Shown here piece after piece: positions 56,400 to 64,000 of a stretch of 64,000 nucleotides of DNA. The stretch is from NCBI GenBank assembly GCA_000996245.1, contig LBYP01000003.1:9509-73508 (forward strand). The letters are read 5' to 3'. How positions within the stretch are numbered: position 1 is the stretch's first letter; every line of letters begins with the position of its first letter. A program made the translations under genes and the position numbers. The notes beneath the pieces are model-generated. The model saw only the letters and a list, made by a program, of their open reading frames with translations, made no database searches and was not told the DNA's origin. The DNA is from Parcubacteria group bacterium GW2011_GWA2_40_23. Its GTDB lineage: Bacteria > Patescibacteriota > Patescibacteriia > UBA11705 > JABHMO01.

Positions 56400-56726
56400 T
56401 TATTTTAGTGATTGCTCAATCTCTTCTTCAATCGTTTTTGCCAGATCCTCTAGGTGTACGTTTTTCGCCAGATTTAAAATATCTTCAAATTCCAAAAGAG
56501 CGACTTCTGTATACCCAGCAGACAAATAGATTCTAGCTCAACGTAGATTAAATTGAATAAGGGCCGTTTGGTCGCCAGACGCTTCGAGCAAAGCTTTTTG
56601 TTCTAGCGCCATATTATTTAAAAGTTCGCTGACGATTGGATTGTCAGGGCCTTTTTCTTTAAGAAGTTGAGCTAGTTTTTGGTCGTGTTCTTGCACTGAT
56701 TCAAACTCAAATTTTGGACGAAACAT
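56400..56726 (-). pseudogene. hypothetical ORF split by an in-frame TGA (plus-strand tca at 56538-56540); the downstream half has no Met
   Basis: The minus-strand reading frame is continuous from 56726 to 56400 apart from one TGA. Confidence 0.35.
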
Positions 56727-57196
56727 ATTGATTTGCTATTTATATTTGTAATCGGTAAACTGATAACAGTGATCGCAATCTTTTCCGGAAGGAGGCGCTC
56801 ATGCTGATCGTTCGTCAACTTACCTCGAAAGGGGGTGATCCTCTCTACGGGTCCGTCTAAATTGGAATAATGCGGGAGACAAGACGGCTCCATTATAAAG
56901 GGTAAACAACAGAAGGGCTTCGGTCTTTGGCCGCGTGAGACGGCCCAGGGGAAGAGACCTTGATCTCGTTTTACATTCGTCAGATTGCTACATAGCGATC
57001 TGACGATTTATTTATACTACTAATTACGAATCTGCTACTTATCTACTAATAATTTCGTACGATTTGCGAGGAGCTAAGCCTTAAATATTTAAAGCGACGA
57101 AGCAATCTCTTGATCGAATACTGAAAAAACGGCTAGTGGTTGCTTCGTCTTGTCATCTAATGTGGCTTGAAAAACTAATTGTATTTTTTAGATGTT

Positions 57197-57574
57197 TTAT
57201 TTCTCTGCAACCTTCATTACTAATCTTTGATAAAACTCAGCCGCTGCTGTTCCGCCAAAAGCCATTGTACCTGAACCTTTATAAACATACATTAAAACTA
57301 TTTCATGAATGACGTCCATTGTGTCTTGATGTCCTTTTGTTTCAATTAATTTTTCAGCGCACAGTTCGACCAACCTTGGATAGAGTCTTGCTGCTTCACG
57401 TTTTTGTTCGGTAATCCATTCTGGATTGGGATCACGACCATAAACAATGTAAGCCGCTGTCGCATACTCGAGAGTTAATGCACTCAAATCTTCGCGGAAC
57501 TTGGCGAGGTCCGGTTTTGAAGGGATGGTTTCTGTTGTGAGAACGCTTGGCTGGTCTGGTTTTGGTTCTGGCAT
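57197..57574 (-). CDS. hypothetical protein
   Basis: 125 aa, no motif. Confidence 0.35.
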   Translation of the reverse strand: MPEPKPDQPSVLTTETIPSKPDLAKFREDLSALTLEYATAAYIVYGRDPNPEWITEQKREAARLYPRLVELCAEKLIETKGHQDTMDVIHEIVLMYVYKGSGTMAFGGTAAAEFYQRLVMKVAEK

Positions 57575-57773
57575 ATTATTTAAGTTATTAATAGTATTTG
57601 TATCGTAGTTTTTCCTGTGTATGTTATCACTTTAATTTACCTTGTTCTTTGGTTAATAGGGAGACTACTCCATACTAAGGTATCAAATTTATAATTACTT
57701 GCGGACGGATAGTACTTGACATCGTACAAAAAGTCCGTTACACTGTCTTTATCTAACAGTTAATATTAAAACT

Positions 57774-58793
57774 ATGAAGAAGTATGCATTTTGGAATAAC
57801 AAAGGTGGTACTGGCAAGACAAGTCTTGCTTTTCAAGTGATATGTGAGTACGCAAGGAGCAAGCCAACTGAAAAAATTCTGGCTATCGATGTGTGCCCAC
57901 AGGCAAACCTATCAGAAATATTTTTAGGAGGATTGCAACATGGGGGTAGCGACAACTTGCTAAAACGCCAAGGAGAAAGTGTACGTGCAACTATTGGAGG
58001 ATATTTTCAGATACGAATGCCGTCTCCTTTTAGTGTGCCTTCTTTTAGTCCTCAAGATTATTTGACTAAGCCATCTAAATACAATGAGCAAGTACCGGAA
58101 AATATTGACCTGTTATGTGGTGATCCTCTGTTGGAACTTCAATCTAATGCAATGTCAACTTTAGCAAATACACAAATTCCAGGTACCAATACATGGATTT
58201 CAATAATAGATTGGTTAAACGATTTTATCAAACCTTTAAGCAATAATTACGATGTTGTTTTTATTGATACAAATCCAAGTTTTTCTATTTATACACAGAT
58301 TGCCTTGTCGGTCGCTGAAAAATTGCTTTTGCCTGTAATGGCTGACGATTCATCACGAAGAGCGATTCAAAATGTCTTTTCACTTATATATGGGTTGAAG
58401 CTACCGGCAGAAATATATGCAAAATATGCTTTTGCTGAAAAGTTGAAGGAAGTAAATCGTTCTTTACCAAAAGTACATTTGATTATGAAAAATCGTCTTA
58501 CTCAATACATGGGAGCAGCTTCTGCCTATTCTACCGTATTAACAGCTATTGATGATGATATCAAATCATTGCTTGCCTCGCAGAGTTCAATATTTACATT
58601 CGATAACCTTAAAGATGGTATGGTTGATGTTAGAGATTTTCAAACAACTGGAGTGGTGGCGTTTGCGCGAGGTTGTCCATTTTATAAACTTTCTCCCGGT
58701 CGGCTTGATCTATTAGGACAGCGAGTGCAGGTTAAAGAAGAATATCGTAAAAATTGCATTGAAAATATACAAACCGTAGTTGATAAGTTGTAA
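57774..58793 (+). CDS. ParA/MinD-superfamily P-loop ATPase (deviant Walker A) with a divergent C-terminal half
   Basis: FWNNKGGTGKTSLAFQV near the N-terminus. 339 aa. Confidence 0.55.
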   Translation: MKKYAFWNNKGGTGKTSLAFQVICEYARSKPTEKILAIDVCPQANLSEIFLGGLQHGGSDNLLKRQGESVRATIGGYFQIRMPSPFSVPSFSPQDYLTKPSKYNEQVPENIDLLCGDPLLELQSNAMSTLANTQIPGTNTWISIIDWLNDFIKPLSNNYDVVFIDTNPSFSIYTQIALSVAEKLLLPVMADDSSRRAIQNVFSLIYGLKLPAEIYAKYAFAEKLKEVNRSLPKVHLIMKNRLTQYMGAASAYSTVLTAIDDDIKSLLASQSSIFTFDNLKDGMVDVRDFQTTGVVAFARGCPFYKLSPGRLDLLGQRVQVKEEYRKNCIENIQTVVDKL

Positions 58794-58819
58794 ATCCTAT
58801 ACATTAAATCATTTAAGAA

Positions 58820-58893
58820 TGGAGCGGAATACGGGAGTCGGACCCGCTTCTTTAGCTTGGGAAGCTAACATAATACCGTTATACGAATTCCGC
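58820..58893 (-). tRNA. probable tRNA-Gly (anticodon CCC) with an atypical T-loop
   Basis: Acceptor GCGGAAU/AUUCCGC, discriminator U plus CCA (Gly-like). Anticodon stem UUAGC/GCUAA with loop UUCCCAA. T-stem GCGGG/CCCGU. The T-loop is UCCGACU where U55 is replaced by C. The D-stem is weak. Confidence 0.55.
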
Positions 58894-58987
58894 AATATTG
58901 ATTCAATTTTAGCCTAAATTTTTGGAATTGAAAAGCTCCTTAATGACATTCATATCACTAAGGAGCTTTCATCCTAACGGCTGGCTA

Positions 58988-59302
58988 TCATCTGACAGCT
59001 GCGTTTGCGGTTTGTTTTCCATAATTTGCTTTAAGTTTTTTAGCGGCTCGTTCCTTTCTCTTCTGAATTTTGAAGAAATAGGTTGTGAGCATGGTACCCA
59101 CTGAACATCCGGCTGCATAAAGAAGAATTAGCTGCCAATTGTTAATGTCATTAACAAAGATGGTCAAAATGTAGTACCAGATTAAGACGTTGATTGATGT
59201 GATGATGCCGCTTTTTAAGACCTTGGCGTCGGAGACGACAGTAGTCCAAGCAGTCACAACAATCATTTCAACGATTCCGATTATGAATAGCATCATAGGC
59301 AT
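58988..59302 (-). CDS. small hypothetical membrane protein
   Basis: 104 aa, 3 TM helices. Confidence 0.4.
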   Translation of the reverse strand: MPMMLFIIGIVEMIVVTAWTTVVSDAKVLKSGIITSINVLIWYYILTIFVNDINNWQLILLYAAGCSVGTMLTTYFFKIQKRKERAAKKLKANYGKQTANAAVR

Positions 59303-59588
59303 TTTTTTATGTTAATCTGCATAAAAACAGCCGACCTTTTGATGATTCTGTTTTCACTGGTTTCCCAGTGGCTCTATTATAGGCTAAAAGCAAAATACTG
59401 TCAAGTCGTAAAAGGTCATATTTGGACTAATTTTAGGTAAATTTTGGGGAAAGAATAATGAATAATGAATAAAGAATAATGAAGCAAAACACGTTATTCG
59501 TTATTCTTAATTCTTTATTCCCGTCCATGGTATAATGAAGGTACTTGTTAAGGATTTAGGGTTTTAAACGTCTTATATTATAGAGCAT

Positions 59589-60095
59589 ATGCCCAGCCGA
59601 GAAGAAAAATTTGAGCAGTTATTTGAAATACACGCTGACGAAATTTTCCGTTTTGTCTATTTCCGAGTCTATGACAGGGAGTTAGCCAAGGATTTGGTGC
59701 AAGATACTTTTTTGCGCGCCTGGAGCTTTGAGCTTAAAGAGAAAGTTTGGAATAAGCGTGCACTCCTGTTTAAGATAGCTCGAAATTTGATTATCGATAA
59801 CGCACGTCAAAAAAGGGAGACTTACTCAATCGATCAAGTGTTAGAACAATCTGGGGTTGAGCCCATCGATAAAAAGGATCTGGACATCGAACTTGATGGA
59901 AAAATGTTTTTAGAGAACCTAGATAAACTCAAAACTGACGAGCAGGAATTAATTACACTCAGATATTTAAGCGGATTTTCTCCACGCGAAATTGCTAAAA
60001 TGTTAGAGCGTAGTGTCGGCGTAGTCTCGGTACAATTAACTCGAGCTAAAAATAAGCTCAAACAAATTTATGAAGATTCCATTCCGAAAAATTAA
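59589..60095 (+). CDS. ECF-subfamily sigma-70 factor
   Basis: Region 2 DLVQDTFLRAW. Region 4 LSGFSPREIAKMLERSVGVVSVQLTRA. An extended -10 (TGGTATAAT) lies at ~59528-59536. Confidence 0.8.
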   Translation: MPSREEKFEQLFEIHADEIFRFVYFRVYDRELAKDLVQDTFLRAWSFELKEKVWNKRALLFKIARNLIIDNARQKRETYSIDQVLEQSGVEPIDKKDLDIELDGKMFLENLDKLKTDEQELITLRYLSGFSPREIAKMLERSVGVVSVQLTRAKNKLKQIYEDSIPKN

Positions 60096-61206
60096 ACAAG
60101 ATTTTACCGCAGTTAGATTTTCATCTGAAGAAAAAGCGGGAGTATTAAAATCAATTAATTTGTATATGGCTGAAAATCCACTCGAAAGACAAGGTTTTAG
60201 TTTCAATTTATTCATAAGAAAAAATTATATGATTCCAGCAATAATTATCGCTCTATTACTAGCCACTTCTGGTGGCACCGTCGCTGCCGCAGAAAATTCA
60301 TTGCCCGGCGATATGCTTTACGGAGTTAAGCTCCAGGTAAATGAAAGAATGATGTCGGCTCTGGCTGTTTCTGATGATGCTGAAGCCGATGTCCAATCAA
60401 AACTGGCAGAACGTAGGCTCCAAGAATTTAACAAAATGATAGAAATAAAGGAATGGTCTGCTGAAAAGGAGCAAAAAATGGCAGATCGTTTGGCTGAGTA
60501 TCAAACAAAAACGCTGGCACTAATTGAAAGATTACGAACTGCAGGAAAGAATGAATTGGCTGATAGTATTTATGACAGAATGGTGGCTAAAGAAAATTCC
60601 CATGAAGAATTTGTCGCCATGATAAAAAATGCAAGTTCCGAAGATGTCAAAACCAAATTAGCGGAACGCATGAAGGAAATGCGTTCTAAAGTTGATGCTG
60701 CTGATGAAATCGTAAAAACCCCAGAAGGTTTAAAGGTTAGCGCAGAACAACACATTCAAAATGCAAAAGATGCTATTACTCAACTTGCGAAGGTTTACGA
60801 TGAGCAGAAAGCAACTCTCAGTGATCGTTTAAAAACTTATATGGAAAGCTCCTTAGCAGAAGCTCAGAGTAAACTGGCTGAAGCAGAAGCGAAATATGCA
60901 ATCCTCGAATATCAGCCAGCCTCAGATTTAGCCAAAGATGCTATGCATATAGCAATTAAGGCTCGTAATTTCAGCAGTATGATTGAAAATGCAGGGGAGC
61001 TGGTCAGCGAGAAAAAATTAGAAAAGATGGAAGTTCATCAGGAAACTAAAAATGAACCTCAAGACCTAGTTGAACAGAAAAAAGAAGAAGTAAAACAATC
61101 GAACAAAGATTTACAGCAAGACAGTCAAGACTCAAAAGAGACGCTAAGAGAAGATAGAAAGGAACAAGAAGATGAAGAAGAATTGGAAGTTGAAGATAGA
61201 AATTAA
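60070..61206 (+). CDS. putative membrane-anchored anti-sigma factor (coiled-coil rich, acidic C-terminus)
   Basis: Overlaps the sigma gene. Single TM IIIALLLATSGGTVAAA. Long helical repeats. Confidence 0.45.
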   Translation: MKIPFRKIKQDFTAVRFSSEEKAGVLKSINLYMAENPLERQGFSFNLFIRKNYMIPAIIIALLLATSGGTVAAAENSLPGDMLYGVKLQVNERMMSALAVSDDAEADVQSKLAERRLQEFNKMIEIKEWSAEKEQKMADRLAEYQTKTLALIERLRTAGKNELADSIYDRMVAKENSHEEFVAMIKNASSEDVKTKLAERMKEMRSKVDAADEIVKTPEGLKVSAEQHIQNAKDAITQLAKVYDEQKATLSDRLKTYMESSLAEAQSKLAEAEAKYAILEYQPASDLAKDAMHIAIKARNFSSMIENAGELVSEKKLEKMEVHQETKNEPQDLVEQKKEEVKQSNKDLQQDSQDSKETLREDRKEQEDEEELEVEDRN

Positions 61207-61212
61207 TTCAAA

Positions 61213-61296
61213 TAAAAATATACGGACCGCCCATTCGGACGGTAGGGATAGGTCGAGACCTGTCCCTACAACGCAGCGCGTTGATCCGTATATTTT
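61213..61296. repeat. ~85-bp nested palindromic element, copy C (inverted orientation, different central hairpin)
   Basis: AAAAATATACGG...CCGTATATTTTTT outer stem. Encloses CCATTCGGACGG and GTAGGGATAGGTCGAGACCTGTCCCTAC. Confidence 0.75.
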
Positions 61297-63105
61297 TTAT
61301 TCTTCTGTTTCTTCAACTACACCAGGACGTCTATTTTTATTGCGAGCATTTTTAGTTAAGCCTTTTTTACGGAGACGGACAAAGTGTGGAGTAATTTCTA
61401 GATATTCATCTTCCTTCATGATACTAAGTCCTTTTTCAATGGTAAGTTCAATCGGGGTAGTAAGTTCAATTGCTTCATCCGCATTAGAGGAACGCATGTT
61501 GGTTAGGTTTTTGCCCTTGATTGGATTTACTTCCATGTCATTGCCTTTGGCAGTATTACCAATGACCATGCCTTCATAAACTTGTGTTGTTGGAGCAGTA
61601 TATAATTGGCCGCGATTTTGTAAGTTAGCCAGAGAGAAGGCAAGAACTTTTCCAGTGGCCATAGAAATCATAGAGCCGAATTCAGTTTTTTCAATGTCAC
61701 CAGCATAAGGTCTAAAACCAAGGTTATGACTGCATAAAATTCCTTCTCCACGAGTGTCAACAACGAATTCAGCACGATAGCCAAGCAATCCACGGACAGG
61801 GATGTCAAATAATAATCTGGAGTTGCCATTATGGGTTGTGAGTTTTGTCATGATACCTTTGCGGCGTGAAATTTTATCAATAATAGTTCCGGTTAAATTA
61901 TCTGGAATATCAATGGTAATTTCTTCGTATGGCTCTAACTTTTGGCCGTTTTCTTCTTTAATAATTACAGTTGGTTGTGAAACTTGAAGTTCATAACCTT
62001 CGCGGCGCATGTTTTCTAAAAGAATAGCTACATGCAATTCTCCGCGACTGCTAATTTTATAATAAGTTGTTGGAGAAAAATCTACTTTAAGACCGACGTT
62101 AACTTCTAATTCTTTTTGTAAACGTTCTTTAATTTGGTTGTTGGTGACGTATTTGCCATCTTGTCCAGCAAAAGGTGAGTCATTTACCAAGAAGGATAAA
62201 GAAATAGTTGGTTCATCAATTTTAATGTGTGGGAGTGGTTCTTGATTTTCGTTTTCACAAATAGTATCGCCAATATAAATATTAGGAATACCAGCGATCA
62301 AAGCAATATCACCAGAATAGGCTGTTTGAACTTCTTGTCGTTTTAATCCATGAAAAGTAAAAAGTTTAGTTACCTTTGATGTTGAAATTCCATCTTGTTT
62401 AATAATGGTTACTTTTTGGCCTACTGAAATTTTGCCATTATAAATTCTGGCAATCGCTAAACGGCCTAAAAAATTATCATAAGCTAAGTTGAAAGGTTGT
62501 GCGGTCAACTCTTTGTTTAAAGCTTCTTCAGTTGTGGCTGGTTGGACGTATTCTAAAATAGTATCAAGTAAAGGATTTAAATTTTCTCCAGGAATAGCCG
62601 GGTCGAGCGTGCATTTGCCTTGCTTAGCGATGGCATAGAGAGTAGGAAATTTTAGTTGTTCATCATTAGCTCCAAGATCAAGGAAAAGTTCATAGATTTC
62701 TTCTTTAACCTCAGAAATTCGAGCGGCTGGTTTATCAATTTTATTAATAACAACAATTGGCTTAAGACCGAGTTCAATAGATTTTTTCAAAACAAATTTA
62801 GTCTGTGGCATTGGTCCTTCCTGTGCATCAACTAAAAGAACAACAGAGTCGATAGAACGCAAAACGCGCTCAACTTCAGAACCAAAATCAGCATGACCGG
62901 GAGTATCGATAATGTTAATTTTTACGTCTTTATAAATAACAGACGTATTCTTTGAGTAAATTGTAATGCCGCGTTCTTGCTCCAATTTATTGCTGTCCAT
63001 GCTTTCTTCCGCCTCGCACATGCCGTTTTGTTTCATGAGTGCGTCGGTGAGAGATGTCTTGCCATGGTCAACGTGGGCAATAATGGCGATGTTTCGTATT
63101 TCCAT
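61297..63105 (-). CDS. typA: translational GTPase TypA/BipA
   Basis: [24 protein letters not shown]... 603 aa from the internal Met; the ORF track begins 10 codons upstream. Confidence 0.85.
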   Translation of the reverse strand: MEIRNIAIIAHVDHGKTSLTDALMKQNGMCEAEESMDSNKLEQERGITIYSKNTSVIYKDVKINIIDTPGHADFGSEVERVLRSIDSVVLLVDAQEGPMPQTKFVLKKSIELGLKPIVVINKIDKPAARISEVKEEIYELFLDLGANDEQLKFPTLYAIAKQGKCTLDPAIPGENLNPLLDTILEYVQPATTEEALNKELTAQPFNLAYDNFLGRLAIARIYNGKISVGQKVTIIKQDGISTSKVTKLFTFHGLKRQEVQTAYSGDIALIAGIPNIYIGDTICENENQEPLPHIKIDEPTISLSFLVNDSPFAGQDGKYVTNNQIKERLQKELEVNVGLKVDFSPTTYYKISSRGELHVAILLENMRREGYELQVSQPTVIIKEENGQKLEPYEEITIDIPDNLTGTIIDKISRRKGIMTKLTTHNGNSRLLFDIPVRGLLGYRAEFVVDTRGEGILCSHNLGFRPYAGDIEKTEFGSMISMATGKVLAFSLANLQNRGQLYTAPTTQVYEGMVIGNTAKGNDMEVNPIKGKNLTNMRSSNADEAIELTTPIELTIEKGLSIMKEDEYLEITPHFVRLRKKGLTKNARNKNRRPGVVEETEE

Positions 63106-63170
63106 AGTATTAATTTGATGACAATAGAATATCAAGAAAAGGGAATTTTGTCAATGTTTGTGATAATGCA

Positions 63171-63304
63171 TCCGATTTGCGAGGAGTCTCGCCCTAGCGG
63201 GACGACGTGGCAATCTCTTAATCATTCTTAAACAATCTTCTGCGACAGTTGCAAAAGATTGCTTCGTCGTAGAAATAGTTAAGATAGGACTCCTCGCAAA
63301 TCGA
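63171..63304. mobile_element. MITE-like ~134-bp element with 16-17-bp terminal inverted repeats (TCCGATTTGCGAGGAGTC ... GACTCCTCGCAAATCGA)
   Basis: Inverted termini read directly. Internal motif GCAATCTCTTAATCA. Partial copies at 27885-28016 and 57058-57130. Confidence 0.45.
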
Positions 63305-63370
63305 ATGTGGTTGTCGCAAACAAAACTCCGCGCGACAGAAAATTGCGTGCGGAGTGTTAAAGATTCTTTA

Positions 63371-64000
63371 TTACATCATTCCCCCCATGCCACCCATACC
63401 ACCACCTCCATCATGATCATGTTTATGTTCATCTTCAGGGTCATCAGTAATGACACATTCAGTTGTGAGCAACATGGCCGAAATTGAAGCTGCATTTTGC
63501 AAAGCGCAACGAGTTACTTTTGTTGGGTCAATGATACCAGCTTTAACCAAATCTTCGAACTTATCTGTTGATGCATTATAACCAACATTGCCGCTGTTGC
63601 GACGAACTTCTTCGGCAATAACTGCTCCATCTTTACCAGCATTAATGGCGATTTGTCGTATTGGTTCTTCGAGGGCTCGTTTTAAAATGTCGATGCCGAT
63701 TTTTTGTTCACCGGTTAATTCAACTTGGTCCAAAATTTTCTTAGCGCGGAAAAGTGCGACTCCGCCGCCAGGTACTATACCTTCTTCAACTGCGGCTTTG
63801 GTGGCATTGATGGCATCTTCGATGCGAAGTTTCATTTCTTTAACTTCTGTTTCAGTAGCCGCGCCAACTTTGATAACAGCCACGCCACCAGCAAGTTTGG
63901 CTAAACGTTCTTTTAATTTTTCTTTATCAAATTCAGAAGTACTAGTTTCAATTTCAGTTCTGATATGAGCAATTCTATCGTCCAAAACTTTTTTATCGCC
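63371..64000 (-). CDS. groL: chaperonin GroEL, C-terminal portion (gene continues beyond the window end)
   Basis: ...[10 protein letters not shown]... and the C-terminal [13 protein letters not shown] tail. Confidence 0.85.
   Translation of the reverse strand, partial: GDKKVLDDRIAHIRTEIETSTSEFDKEKLKERLAKLAGGVAVIKVGAATETEVKEMKLRIEDAINATKAAVEEGIVPGGGVALFRAKKILDQVELTGEQKIGIDILKRALEEPIRQIAINAGKDGAVIAEEVRRNSGNVGYNASTDKFEDLVKAGIIDPTKVTRCALQNAASISAMLLTTECVITDDPEDEHKHDHDGGGGMGGMGGMM

Noticed and set aside
56745-57000. Calling this segment RNase P RNA or SRP RNA (CCGGAAGGAGGCGCUC and ACAGAAGGGCUUCGGUC resemble P4 and SRP fragments)
   Set aside because: The resemblance is limited to short stretches. 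The overall length and the absence of the paired P4 partner or of the domain IV symmetric loop make the assignment unsafe. It is reported only as a hairpin-dense candidate region.

Overview
Low-GC (roughly 33-38% by eye) genome segment whose gene content points to a Patescibacteria/CPR-like bacterium. Evidence: an archaeal-type SAM synthetase, seven tandem T4SS-pilin-like paralogs, a bifunctional PGI/PMI, a GxxExxY nuclease, many small overlapping genes and no respiratory genes. The window spans the replication-origin neighbourhood (serS, dnaN-dnaA, a DnaA-box-rich intergenic region, rpmH-rnpA-yidD). It also holds cell-envelope genes (Wzx flippase, O-antigen-ligase-like, galU, PBP1A, acyltransferase) and housekeeping genes (smc, ruvC, yebC, typA, a groEL fragment, maf). 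Two tRNAs are present: Ser-CGA and a probable Gly-CCC. Three things stand out. (1) An accessory gene block at ~20.0-26.9 kb has almost every intergenic spacer filled by arrays of a ~58-bp tandem repeat rich in AATCATAGT, with a conserved cassette-boundary motif. (2) Several short high-GC islands (~55-60% GC, GC3-rich codons) sit in the AT-rich backbone, each encoding secreted or membrane proteins (a type IV pilin pair, a beta-barrel-like protein, a paralogous pair), and several lie next to palindromic repeat elements. (3) Several families of palindromic, REP/MITE-like elements are scattered through the window; some are embedded in-frame inside an ORF. There are also GC-rich promoter-to-terminator units that look like unclassified structured RNAs. 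Coordinates I derived by hand (RNAs, repeats, terminators) may be off by 1-2 nt. Protein-family assignments come from recognisable motifs only; no database search was possible.
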